Program-made: the position numbers and the translations under genes
Shown here: positions 40,765 to 53,999 of the stretch, in pieces
Layout of the letters: every line of letters begins with the position of its first letter
Position numbering within the stretch: the first letter of the stretch is position 1
DNA from: Eledone cirrhosa
Taxonomy: Eukaryota
Assembly: GCA_964016885.1 (NCBI GenBank)
Contig: OZ024740.1
Span: 379,130,001-379,194,000 of the forward strand
Reading direction: 5' to 3'
DNA length: 64,000 bases
The notes under the pieces: generated by a model
Told to the model about the DNA's origin: nothing
Seen by the model: the letters and a program-made list of their open reading frames with translations, nothing else
Database searches by the model: none

Positions 40765-42439
40765 CCTTCGGGATATCTTCTTTGGTATAAGAGTTCTGGG
40801 TGGCCTAAAAGTTAGGGGATAGGCGTTACCAAATATCTGGATAAAGTAAAGGATAGAACTCTAATATAATTCAATAAAGCGGACTAACTTATGTTCATAG
40901 AATTGTGACACAGTTAACTTATAAGAGTCAACCGTTCTTGGAAAGGGGTGCCCAAAGGCCTAACTTTTAGGCTACCTAATTACTTCATCTTCCTTCTAGA
41001 ACTCTAATATGATAGAAGATATTCCAGAAGTTAATCCAACATAATATGGCGAACGGATTAATAGGCGTATCTCCATACGCTAATGAAACGCGCATATTCG
41101 TGTTATGTAATTGTTGTAGTGATTTAATCTAATTGTACATTAAACTGGTCTTACAGACTGAGTACTCTGACAACTCTGAATATCTTTACCTAGTTTCTAT
41201 TACAACACACACACAATATGTAATGCTTGATTGTGTATTTGAGGTCTATCTATATGTCTGCGTACATTCAAGTATATGTAAACAGAATACTTTTGAAGGT
41301 AACTTTACTCAGGCTGTAGAAAGAGAAACGTCAGTTGTACGGAATTTCCTTTTATTTTATCATACTTAACAAAATATAGAGATAACAGGAAGTTTTATAT
41401 ATAGAATTCTTAAAATAGCAACTCAGAATAATACCGACGCCCTAAATCATATACATATATCTGATTACCTATTTTTCAAATTGATGTATTCTGGAAGGGT
41501 CATGTTTTCAAAAGAAACACGTACTGTGATTAGGATTCACTTCAGGTTTATTATTAATCTGATAATTAATCCCCTAGTCATTTGTTTAGTCAACTAATTA
41601 CTTTATTGTTTAAGTCCTTCCGTCACAACCCGTGATCTTATCGATGACTCTTTCCCTCCTGGTCACCTCTTCGTCTCCGCTTACATCATTTGCTCCGTCT
41701 TTTATATGATATGTTTCAACTCGCCATTTCATATCAATTATCTTGCAAAACATATACAAAAACTAAGTTTCCCAGAAGCAAAATCTTTAATGTCAGTCTC
41801 GGGCTATTGTTGCTGAATAATTTAGTTAAGCATCTTAAATTACGAAATGGGAAAAAATTCTGCTGGTGATATGATACAGGAATGAATCTTATAATTTATC
41901 ATAAATTAGCCAACTGGAATGATCTTAGTTACGACTTTAATTAACTACCGAGGAATATGATAAACCTCACTATTTTAAACTGATTGTACATGTCTACTAT
42001 ATAAAACTCTTTCCAGTAATACAAATAGATGATTTATAATTAACGACCACTATAGCTGATTACTCATTCCCTTGACAAGCAAATTAATATGGAAGCGCTT
42101 CCGGAAACAATAATGTTACTCGATGAAATATTTTTGATTAATAGCAACATCTAAAATATCAGAGAAGCTTTGAATTTCATAGAAAGCTTTATTTAAACCT
42201 CTGCCTTGTGAGATGGCGGTCTGAATTTGTTTAGTTAAATCTCTACTATAATCATCCCATATTCCAAACCTTTTAATGGTGAAAACAATGTTTGCTATTC
42301 ATAAATAAGGAAAGACTGTCATTCATTGATTAAGTAAAACACTAAACAAAAAATACGCATGAAGTAAAATCAGTAAATTCTCCACCTAAAGACTATATAG
42401 TTTAAAGTAAACGATCACACACACACACACACACAGTCA

Positions 42440-42478
<39 letters not shown>

Positions 42479-43244
42479 ATACACACACACACACACTCAT
42501 GTAAACTCATATGCCTACACACATATAAACCTGGCAGCTGCTATGCAAGGGAGTATTCTCTGCTTTTGTATACATAAGTGACCATTTCTTAGTTACAAAA
42601 TAAAAATTTCAAACAAATAATCCCACAGAATTATCAGTCGCTTAAACTTTATTATCCTTTTACTTCCTACACATTCCCTATTAATTACATTTTTTTCCTC
42701 AGACATACTTCTCTTCTTTCCAAAGACAGATGGACCGCTTGTTTTTCGTATAATTAGGCGTTTACTAACTTATTTATTTTTCCTTTAAATAGCAAAATTA
42801 TAAACAGCCTGGATACATTTTATAAACCAAGTTCAGAAGATAAAGAACACTAGCAAGCTATTGGAATTGACATAGAATTAGAAATTAAAAGAAAACATGA
42901 GATTGGAATTGCTTGATTTTAGATAAGGCCTGTAAATAGAAATTGACAAAATTCATCTCTTCCTCAGTCCCCCCCCCCTCTATCTCCCCTTAGTTAGAGA
43001 GGTATGGGCAGCGCCCAATACTATTTTTAGAGGACCCCAGAGACTGGTGAGAGGAAGTGAGGAAGTCACCCTCAAACAGGAAATCTAGCTCGAATGATTG
43101 CAACAGAGAGAACTACACTAAAGTCACCTCAGAGGGCAGACAGCGATCTTAAGCAAGGTGACGATTTATGTCTGCCACCCAAGATAGTGATAAACGTGTG
43201 CCCAAAATATTATTAACTTATTAAAATATTGATGTTAGTGTTAG

Positions 43245-43557
43245 GAAAGAAAAGTAAAGACCCTCTTTGGTCACGAATGATTATGGGATTTGGACCTAGA
43301 AAGTTCTCCTCCGAGGCAGAAGTTGCCCATGCTACCGGTTTCTCTTATCCACGCCACCAATGTTGTTAGGGGAAAGACAAAGGCTGATACAGCTTGACAG
43401 CACTGACGTCGCAATTCATTTCTACAGCTGAATGATCTGGAGCAACGTGAAATAAAAAATTCTTACTCAAGAACACAACGCATCACCCGGTCTGGGAATC
43501 GACTGACAACCCCATGATTGCAAGCCCAAGGCTCTAACTACTAAGACATGCTTCTTC
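43245..43557 (-). mobile_element. CORE-type SINE (octopus OR2-like)
   Basis: GGAGCAACGTGAAATAAA..TCTTACTCAAGAACACAACG...GGGAATCGA...CTCTAACTACTAAGACATG, i.e. a tRNA head on the minus strand. Confidence 0.65.
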
Positions 43558-45812
43558 ACATTTCAAGATTAATGTAATCTATTTATTAGTAGTTCTATTG
43601 TGTTGCATAGGCAAGAGACGGTTCTATTGAACAAACAAATATAACCGCCGCTATGACACATACTGTTAGTAGTTTACTCTGATTCAATCATATAATGTGT
43701 CTTCAATATAATTATTTAAAGAGGAGCAAAAGGATATTTAACAAAATAAGCAAATGCTTCAAAGTAGTTGCTTGATTTGCTAGAAATAACAGCCATATCC
43801 CCTTCTGATCATATATGTTTTAAAACGACAAGTACACTGTAAATAATGTAGTTCTTCGTATATAAAATAGACAGAGTACTCAGAGCTGGAATACCTTTGA
43901 TTGTACATTTACACAATTATAGTTGACCTGGAGTTAAACAACAACAAAGGTTTGAAGATTTAGGTCTTTTTTCGCTGCTCCAAGCTCAAACGTTGCTAAT
44001 GCACACGTCACTTTTTTCTGGTAAACCATGTAACAGGTTTGATTCCATATTCCATACGCTTATATTATTTCTTAATCCCTCCGAAGTTAACTTTGCCTTT
44101 CATCCTTACGGGGTCGATAAAATAAAGTACCAGTAATACACTGGTTAATTGCTGGCCTTGTGCCAAAAGTAGAAACAATTATTTCTTTTAAAATATTTGG
44201 AATTGTACCAATACAAAATAAAAATCAATATATAATAATTAATTGATTCATTAATCTTTCCACACTTTCTCCCTGCCTTGTCATAAAGAGTAACATTAAT
44301 TGCCGTTACTAATATTGACATAGAGTTAGCAAATAACATATACTGATGAAGTTGCAGTGATTAACTTTTGTTCCGCCCTGGCACTAAACCATAGCTATTT
44401 ATTAGGTTATCTTGGAAACTTTTCCAAACACCCTTCAAAATAGAGATGTTTATGTGCTTTCTAGGGCGATTTTAAAGAGAAACAAGCGGATGGTACGATC
44501 TCAGAAATGATAAACTATTTTAATTGCTCATCAACTTCCAGTTTATTCATTGCTGAATTCATAACTTGCTATATTATTCGCATTCTAGCGAATCAAATAA
44601 CAGTATTTCTGTCAAGAACACAATACTGTATTTGAGAACTCGATACGTAACAGTATTTAAGTTATATTGAAGAGTAGCGAACATATTAGAAACATTATAA
44701 TTGTTTTTAATGCTACCTACTAATTTCAATTGCTATACCCCAGCCTTATTCTCTTGCTCTCTCTCTCTCTAACTCCCTGCCCTCTCTCTATTAGTCTTCC
44801 TATTTTCATCTCTATTTTTTTATAACCATCATCTTCGTCTTCCTCGTCTCCACCGTCACCTCCTCTCTCTCACATGTTCTATACTTAGCTGTTTTTTTTT
44901 TCTTACTCATTGAACAGAAACATATATTTACTTCCTGTTTTTGATAATCCGGGCAATCTATCCATAATGAAATGCATTCCAGTTATATATTATATATATC
45001 AAAGATTACATTGTCCTCTGTGTACTTGGCCTTTTAAGAAGGGTGTGATTTAAAGGAATATGGTGAGTATAACTCACTCATGATCCCATTATTAGACGGC
45101 ATGGTGTGTAATTTGAGGAAGATCTAGCTGCTATTTCTAGCAGGTCCAACAACTATGAAAAATCTCCCTCATAATTTTATATGTGTGAGAGCTTCAGCCG
45201 AATTGCCCATAATTCGTTTTCCTTCACGGGAATCTATGTTCAAAATAGAGATTTCATGCTAAGTCTACAATGTCTCCACGAACAAAAACTCGAAAACAGC
45301 AGCTAGTGGGATCATGTCAATATTGTCTCCTTCAGGGATATAAAAACTTTATTATTACACATAAAAAACAATAAATATCTTCGCTTCCCACTTTAAACAT
45401 AAACACTGAGCAGCTAGAAACCCCAATATTGTTACAACTTCACTTAGAATCTCCTCCACGTTATCTGCTACCCAGACATTTAAAAATGTTTCATCTCACC
45501 TACTCTCGTAACCCATAGTATACTCAGCCACACGCCAATCATTAACTAATGCAAGTAGTCCTTTCTCCATAGAATATTTGCTTGGCCCATGCCTGAAGTA
45601 TTTGCACCACACCTGTCTTTAATTAGACCTGTTACTTATATTTCTACGAACAATTCCATGTACAAAGGTTCTACTGGAGTTTGGTATCAACAAACATTCA
45701 CTATCTATCAAGTGCGGCAATCACTCTCTATGGGATATAAGGTACCAGATGAATTAGCCCACAGGATAAATGTATCCATAGAAGAATTAGGATAGATAGC
45801 CATATAGATATA

Positions 45813-48069
45813 TTTCTTTATTTGCCACAAGGGCGCACAAGAAAAGGGGACAATACAAAGACACATGCCGGGGATTTTACATATAGTCGTGTAAAAAAAA
45901 TATGAAACAAACAAACAATTATAACAATCGAAATCCCCATTAAGGGGGAGACGCCACAAATGGGTTGTTTAATACTCCGTCGATAGAACAACCCTCAACT
46001 CCAGGAGCGTGTTGTGCAAGTGCTCCCTTCTTCCTTTTGCTCTCTTCTTTAAGCTACAGGCTTATAAACAGAGAAGGCCCAATCACTCGGGCCATTTTCG
46101 CTTCATTCACCCACCTTTCAGTAAATTTACTGGGGTGCAGTGCCTCTCTCTCCACTCTGATTCTTCTTCTAAAGTGATACTTAAAGAAGGGAATCAATTG
46201 TTGTCCGGAGAGAAAGGCATCTGTCCTCAGTCCTCTCAATCTCGTCCACCATATAACCTCTTTCACCATAGCCACTGTACAGAAGAAAACCGCCTCTCTT
46301 TCGTTTTTGAAAGAGGCTGGCGGTTTGATCCTTACTATGGACTCGGTAGTCAACTGGATTTGTCCCATACGCGACAGCAGTTTTTCTGCATCGTTCCACA
46401 GGTCGCTTACGCCCGGGGGCAGTGTAAAATTGCGTGCAAGACGGTTTCAATGTCCTGCTCGCATCTTGAACACGTCCTCTTGGAAGGATCCCCGCCGGGG
46501 CGTCCGTGCCTGTAGATCTTATTTCGAACGGATAGAGCTCCTCGGTAGCACTGCCAGGCCAGGGACCTCTGGAAGTTGTCCATAGGTCCCGGGCGGAAAG
46601 TCCTACCGAACAGACTGGTGAGCTCGTCGTCTTCGACGCCTAGAGTACTAACCCTCTATAGAATGTGGAAGTGGAGTCTCCACTGATTGCTGTGCCCGCT
46701 TGACAGAGGACTGTGAGCGCCTGGGCGCATTCAATGTGCCAGGCGCCCATCTTCTTCGGTCTTCGCTTGACCCAGGACTGCAGCTCCGTCAGCGAGACAA
46801 GTTGTGGGAAGGCCTGTCTCACAAACGGTGCCCACACCGGTTGGTCGGTGAGAAAGGCCTGAAGATGCCGTAGCCTCAGCGTATGTTTGCGCATCATTAG
46901 CCACGGAATGCCAAGCCTTCAGTTGGAAGGGTGTTGACAGCAGACGGATCTCCTCACCAGTGGCGCCTGCTTCTTCCACAGGAACTGGAAGAGCATGCGT
47001 TCCATCTTGGTGAGGTATTCACGGGGACAAGGCACAACGGTCAAGCGGTAGTAGATGATGGACGCTATGAAATTGCTCGCCACCTCCGCTCGACCTTTCA
47101 AAGACAGTTTGCACTCTGCCCACTTCTGGGTGAGCGCAAATACCTTGGCCATGACCTCGTTCCAGTTTTTCTCCACCTGGAGGTTTGGACTGAACCAGAC
47201 CCCGAGCAATTTCACGGGTCCTTCCGGCCAGCGTCCGACGACGCTGTCGGACGTCATCGGTTTGCTTCTCCACGTTCCGAGTTGCAAACCGACAGACTTC
47301 TCCGGGTTCCGTTTTGCTCCTGTGAACCTTTCGTATTCCTGTAGTAGGTTGCCGATTACCTCGATTTCCGAGGTTTTCGACACCATTACAGTCACGTCGT
47401 CGACATAAGCCGACGCCGCTTTTCGCAGTCCCGGTTCTAAAGGGATGCCCTGCAAAAGCTCCAACTTCCGCAGTAGTGGCTCTAGAGTCAATACGTACAG
47501 AAGGGATCAATACGTACAGAAGGGAGGAGAGGGGGCATCCCTGTCGAATGGAACGCGTGATTGCGAACGGCTCTGATAGGTAGCCGTTCACTTTGCCTTC
47601 GAGCAGATGCTTGTGTGCATCGCCTTGATCCAGCCTCTGAAAACGGGACCGAAACCGGCCGCCTTGAGAACCGCTTCCAAGTATCGATTGTCGACCCTAT
47701 CGGATGCCTTAGACTGATCTAAATTGATCAGAGCCCCACCAAAGCCGGGTTTACACCCCACCCTCTCTATGATGTATCACATGAGGTGGAGGTTGTCGTG
47801 TATGGACCTGGTCGGGATTGCACATGTTTGCGCTTTCCCTACCAGGTTTTCGATGACAAGTGCCAGCCTTGTTGCTAGCACCTTGGTCAAAATCTTTAAC
47901 TCTGTGTTTAGCAGAGTTATGGGCCTGAAATTGTTTATTTCGTCCCCCTTGTTCTCGTCTTTCCTGATCAGCGTTACTACGCCCTCGCCTGCAGAACTGG
48001 GAATTGTCCCGTTCTGCTGCTAATTGCAGTAGACGGCTTCGAGGACGCCAGAGACAAGTCGGGCATGCC
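45813..48069 (-). mobile_element. Tx1/L1-clade LINE copy A (5'-truncated in RT)
   Basis: RPITLLN, RQGCPLS, AYVDD, VKLLGVWF, GLAFR (frameshifted GGLG), EVIWWTRL. The 3' end AATAAAGAAA is followed by TCTA-like repeats. Confidence 0.9.
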
Positions 48070-48070
48070 T

Positions 48071-48120
<50 letters not shown>
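48071..48120. repeat. (GATA)n tract between Tx1 copies A and B
   Basis: About 12 ATAG units. Confidence 0.95.
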
Positions 48121-48355
48121 TTCTTTATTAGCCACAGGGGCACACAAGAAGGGGACAATTACAAAGGGGGAAGTTTACATACAATAAAAACGTGTAAAAT
48201 GTTATCACAAATGGAATTTAAAAAGTTAGTCGATTTTCCCCAATAGAGGGAGACAGTTTATATGGGTAACACATACCCCCGAAAAAAAATGTGCAACCCT
48301 CATCTCCAGGAGTACGAAGAGTTTGTACTCCTTTCCTCTCCTCCTTTTCCTCAAC

Positions 48356-51300
48356 CTACAGGCTGATATAGAGAGAAGGCCCATTCACTCGGGCCATTCT
48401 CGCCACTTTCACCCACCTTTCATAAAACTTGCTGGGGTACAGCACCTCTCTCTCCATCCTGATTCTTCTTCCAAAGTGGTATTTGAAAAAAAGAATCAGT
48501 TGTTGGCCGGAGAGAAAGGTGTCTGACCTCAGCCCTTTCAACCTTGTCCACCATACAACCTCTTTCGCCATAGCTATCACACAAAGGAAAACCGCCTCTC
48601 CTTCGTTTTTGAAGGAGGGTGGCGGTTTGATCATGACAATGGAATCGGTGGTCAACTGGATTGGTCCCACCCGCGACAATAGTCGTTCTACATAGCCCCA
48701 CAGGTCAGTGACGCCCGGGCAGTGTATGAATGCGTGCGCGACGGTTTCTTCGTCTCGCACGCACCTCGGACAGATCTTTTTTACAGGGTCCCTGCCCGGG
48801 CGCCCATGTCTGTAGAGCTTGTCTCGAACTGGTAGAGCTGCTCGGTAGCACTGCCAGGCCAGGGACTTTTGGAAGTTGTCCATCGGTCCCGGGCGGAAGG
48901 TCCTACCGAACAGACTGGCCAGTTCATCTTCCTCTACGCCTAGAGTTTCACCGAGCGCGTCGTCGCACTTGCTGCGGACCAACCCTCTATAGAATGACGA
49001 AGTGGAGTCTCCACTGATCGCCGGGTCCGCCTACCAGAAGGCTGTGAGCGCCTGAGCACATTCGATGTGCCAGTCGCCCATTTTCCTCGGTCTTTGCTTG
49101 ACCCAGGACTGCAGCTCGGTCAGCGAGGGAAGGCTCGCCTCACGAACGGGGCCCACACCGGTTGTCCGGTGAGGAATACGTAGAGATCCCGCAGCCTGAG
49201 CGCGTGTTTGCGCATCGTCAACCACGGCATCCCCAGCCCTCCGTTAGAAGGGTGTTGGCAGCAGATGGATCTTCTCACAAAAGGAGCCCGCCTCTTCCAA
49301 AGGAATCGGAACAGCGCGCGCTCCATTTTGGCGAGCGTTTTGGCTGGACAAGGCACGATGGTCAAGCGGTAGTAGATGGCGGACGCTATAAAAGTGTTCG
49401 CCACCTCCGCTCGACCTTTCAAGGATAGTTTGCACTCGGCCCACTTCTGGGTGAGTGCAAACACCTTGGCCGTCACTTCGTTCCAGTTCTTCTCCACTTG
49501 GAGGTCCGGACCAAACCAGACCCCGAGCAGCTTTACCGGTCCTTCCGTCCAGCGTCCGACGATGCCATCGGAAGGCATCGGTTTGCCTCTCCACGATCCG
49601 AGTTGCAAACCGATGGACTTGTCCCGGTTCAGCTTCGCTCCTGTGAGACTTTCGTATTCCTTCAGTAAGGTGCCGACTTCCTCGATTTGCGAGGCGCTCG
49701 ACACCATTACTGTCACGTCGTCGGCGTAGGCCGACGCCGCTTTCCGCAGTCCCGGTTCCAGAGGGATACCCTGCAATAGCTCCAGCTTCCGCAGTAGTGG
49801 CTCGAGAGTCAGTACGTACAGAAGGGAGGAGAGAGGGCATCCCTGTCGAATGGATCGCATAATATGGAACGGCTCCGAGAGGTAGCCGTTCGCCTTGACC
49901 CTTGAGCAGATGTTGCTGTTGTGCATTGCAGCAATCCAGCCCCTGAACACGGGTCAGAAGCCTGCCGCCTCGAGCACCGCATCCAGGTAACGATGGTCAA
50001 CCCTATCGAAAGCCTTAGACTGATCCAAGTTGATCAGGGCCCCACCGAAGCCGGGTTTACACCCTACCCTCTCTATTATGTATCGCATGAGGTGGAGGTT
50101 GTTGTGTATGGACCTGGTCGGGATTGCGCATATCTGCGCTTCTCCCACCAGGTTCTCGACAACAAGCGCCAGCCTCTTTGCCAACACCTTGGCCAAAATC
50201 TGTAACTCTGTGTTTAGCAGAGTTATGGGCCGGAAGTTGCCTATGTCATCCCCCTTATTCTCGTCCTTCCTGATTAGTGTGACCACGCCCCCGGTTACGG
50301 AACTGGGAATTCTCCCGTTCTGTTGCCAGTTGCAGTAGACCGCTTCCAGGAGACCGAAGAATAAGTCCGGCATTGCTACGTAAAATTCGTAGGGTAGACC
50401 GTCGAGACCTGGAGATTTGCGTTTGCCGCATTGGCTCAGCGCGTCCCCTATCTCAGTGGCTGAAATCGGCTTTTCGCAGAACTTTGCCTCGCTGTCCGAG
50501 AGTCGCGGTAGGCCGTTGAGGTATGGACCGAAATCAATAGCCTCTCCCCCCCCCCCCCGAACAGCCGAGCAAAGTGTCGCTGAAAAGCCGCACACATCTG
50601 CTTCGGCTCACGTATCACGCGTCCGTTTTGGTCCTTCAAAGACCGAATCGTGGACTTGTTGCCACTTTTTGTGTCCGTCACACGGGCCCAGCTAACAGCT
50701 TTGGCTCCCTCGTTTCCCAGAGCACGTATTTTGCTTCTGACAACGCAGCCCTCGTGCTTTGCGTCGAAGAACTGGTCAAAGGCCGTTCTTGTTGCTAGCA
50801 CGCTGGCTACGTTGCCACTTCTAATTGCCTCTTCTACTTTATCTACCAGTTCCTTCTCGGTTCTATTTCTATCTAACGCTAATTATTTACTAAAAACTAT
50901 CGAGTCTAATCTAACTGCCCTCTTGAGAGAATACCACCATCTGTTGCTGAAAATGGCCCCTGTCAAGTGCTGTTTAACTAAAGTGCTAATCCGTCTACTG
51001 TAGGCTTTGCATGTCGGTAACGAGAAGTTCAGCTTCCAGTAGCCGGGTCCTTGTCTATGGGTTCTATCAAGGTTGGCCATGCAGGTCACTAGTTTGTGAT
51101 CTGAATAGGCAACCATGAACATTTGTGGACAGCTTAACATGTCCCTATCCTTATTTCTAACTAGAACCCTATCTAGGTACGATCTAGATGTTCCGCTACG
51201 ATTACTCCACGTCCACAGTGGCGCAGTCGGAAAATCTAGTCGATATCTATCGGCCAGGTCAAATCGGTCGATTAACTGTTTGAGGCTGTTACACCCCCCT

Positions 51301-51775
51301 TTATCGGGACATGCTCCCACATAGTCCCAACGTGTATCTAGGATTCCATTCCAGTCCCCCACTAAAAGCAAGGAGCGGGACGTTCCCAGAAAAGTCTCTA
51401 GACGTTTGAAGAAGTCTGGCCGCGGTGTCCCGGATGGGGCATATGCGGCCACCAGCCTGAAGGCTCCACCGTCACTACCGTCAACGTCTAGGACCACCAG
51501 TCGACCCTCCGGGTCCAGATGTACCGTCTGTGTTACGAAGCCCAGGTGTTTCCGCAGCAAAACGGCAACTCAGCCCCCACCCCCGGATTGACAGAGAGAT
51601 GCGTAGATCTCAAAGTCATCGAAGATGGGGGCCAGCTGTCGCTCGCCGTGGATCCTGGACTCGCAAATGGCTACCACATCCATACTGTGCGACCTGAGGT
51701 GTTTAAGAGTTTGCCCTGTTTCCAGGGCATCCCCAGGCCGCGTACGTTCACACATCCAACTCTTATATTGGCCAT
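48356..51775 (-). pseudogene. Tx1-like ORF2: APE endonuclease, reverse transcriptase, C-terminal zinc motif
   Basis: MANIRVGCVNVRGL, LLVGDWN, SYLDRV, YSDH, YWKLN, KSPGLDGLPYEFY, FRPITLLN, LDQSKAFDRV, RQGCPLS, AYADD, GGLG, CPRC...ETVAHAFIHC. Several stops and frameshifts. Confidence 0.92.
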
Positions 51776-51811
51776 GTTGGTGCTGAAAAGTTAAAGGAGG
51801 AAAAGAGATCA

Positions 51812-53728
51812 CTCACCCTTCGTCTCCTGGGGACCAGGCTGCACGATTTCCATGGGGGTGTTGGAGGGGTTGTCTGGATGGGTGGTGGTTTCCGGCGGGG
51901 TGGGGACGGAGATGTTTGGTGGGGTGGGGTCTGGTGGGATGGGGGTGTCTGGGGTGGGGAGACATTTGAGAAGGACGCGGTTGAGTGGTTTCACGCAGGA
52001 ATTCCCCACATCCTTCTCAAATGTTTCTTTTAGGGACCTATAAGTTTGTATAGGGACCCTAATCAGTTTTAGGTTCAGTTTTTTGCTTTTTTTAATAGAG
52101 TGGGCAAAAGTTTTCCCTTCGGTTTTCACCGAAGGGTCGTTCGTGATGGTCTCCATTAGTGTTTTGTTTTCAGTGTTTATGTAAGTGTAAGTGTAATTTT
52201 CTTGTGTTGTGTTTGTTTTTGTCTGTAGTTCTTGTGTGTGCTTTCGTTTTGTTGTAGGTATTTTGTTTTCAGGAGGTGGGGGTTTTGTTTGTGATGTTTT
52301 TGTTGTTTGTGTTGGTGGTTGTATGTTTGTGGTAGTGTTTGCTGTTTTTTTTGCTTTTGTGATGTCTTTTCTTTCTTTTCGAGCGATGGGGTTCTCCCCC
52401 GTCTTCACTGGGTGATGGCGAGATAGCCTCATCTGTTGTATCGTCTGTGTGATTGGGGGGGGGGGGAGTATGTCTTGGGGAGCTGTTGTGCCTGTATGTG
52501 ATTATGCAGTGGTTTTAGGTGGAGTGGGGTTGGGTGGGACTGTTTGTTGTGGTTATTTTTGTGTGTTGGTGTTGTTGATGTTGTGGTGGTGTTGGCGATT
52601 GTGTTGTTTTGATGGGTGTCGGCAGAAGAGCCTTTTTTTGGTTCATTAATTTAGGACAGAAAGCCCTCAGGTGACCCCTGCTAAAGCAATGGTAACATGA
52701 AGGCCGCCTACCCTCAACCGAAAAGTTTATGTAGGTGAGTCCGTCCAGGAGTACACGCTGTGGGATCATAGCTATTCGCTCTGGGCTCATTTGCACCAGA
52801 ACTTCAATGCTAGTCCCATTGAATACATCTCTGGGGGACTTGCCTACTGATAGTATTCTGTCCTCATCAAAATTGATGAAGCCGCACAGTATCCACCATA
52901 TGTTCACCTTTGGTGTGACACTCGTGATTCTGATCTTTTGTGTCCTTTTTCCCATGTATGTAGGGAAAAAGGTGTACAGGTTGGATACAATTAGCGACAC
53001 AGAGTAATTTTGGGCCGTCAATTGATCCTTCATGAGTACCGAAATACTCCCAAAAAGTTTGCTTCTTTGAATGAATGCAATATCATTCATTGAACTTTTG
53101 AAAACCAGATCAATTTCTTTCTGTGACAATTGGACTGGTTTTCGAGTAGAATTGGAAACTGTCCTAAAAACTATCGTTTTGAGAGCAGTTTCCTTGCGAA
53201 TTTCTACCGGAGAATTGATGCTGAAAGCACCATTTTTTTCGAAACTGACATATCTCCTAGCGTCCTTTAAAAGTTGTTCAGCATTTGTTATGTCGAGATA
53301 TATCAATTCTTCCTTTTTTTTAACTTTCTCTGCAAAGGAGATTTTTGGTTTCTTTGTGGAATCCGTATTGGTGGTGTTGTCATTATTGTTGTTATTGTTG
53401 TTGTTATTCTTGTTGTCACCGATGTTGGTATTATCCGTATTTTCCTTGGTGTTGTTGTTGTCTTTGATGCTGGTGTTATTGGTGTTGTCTTTATTTTTTC
53501 TTTGTTGTTGTTATCAATGTTGCTTTTATCATCATTATTGGTGTTGCTGTTATTTTTGTTGTCATTGAATTGTTTGGTGTCATTTGTGTTGTTTGAATAT
53601 GAATTCGTTTTTACATTTTCATTTCGTCTTTCCATCTCTATAGTATCTAGTGAAGAAGACGTTGTTGACTGCGAGCTTTGTAGTCTTACCGCCTCTCCAC
53701 CACCATTATCGTTGGACGCAGCGTTCAT
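51812..53728 (-). pseudogene. Tx1-like ORF1 (gag-like, zinc knuckle), frameshifted
   Basis: Asn/Thr-rich N-terminus, a globular region, CYHCFSRGHLRAFC knuckle and Thr/Pro/Lys-rich tail (ORFs 53303-53728, 52515-53306, 51809-52432). Confidence 0.8.
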
Positions 53729-53945
53729 AACGTAATCAAAATTTTACAATATTTTTTCCAAGATTCAATGGACAAAAACTTTCAAATGGATATTCCGCCC
53801 CTGTAGGGGCGAACATGAGTTGACCCACCACCTGAATGTTCAGACGGGGGGTCAAGTTACACAATGATATAAAATTTAACTAAAAACTCACGTTTTTTTT
53901 TTTACATAAATTAACGGAAACTTCTCCGCGAAGTTACACACGTCT

Positions 53946-53997
<52 letters not shown>
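53946..53997. repeat. (GATA)n tract between Tx1 copies B and C
   Basis: About 13 GATA units. Confidence 0.95.
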
Positions 53998-53998
<1 letters not shown>

Positions 53999-53999
53999 C

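Larger units (their letters stand above)
48120..53945 (-). mobile_element. Tx1/L1-clade LINE copy B, full length (~5.8 kb), with frameshifts
   Basis: 5' UTR, ORF1 with a CCHC knuckle, ORF2 with APE, RT and C-terminal Cys motif. Bounded by (GATA)n on both sides. Confidence 0.93.
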
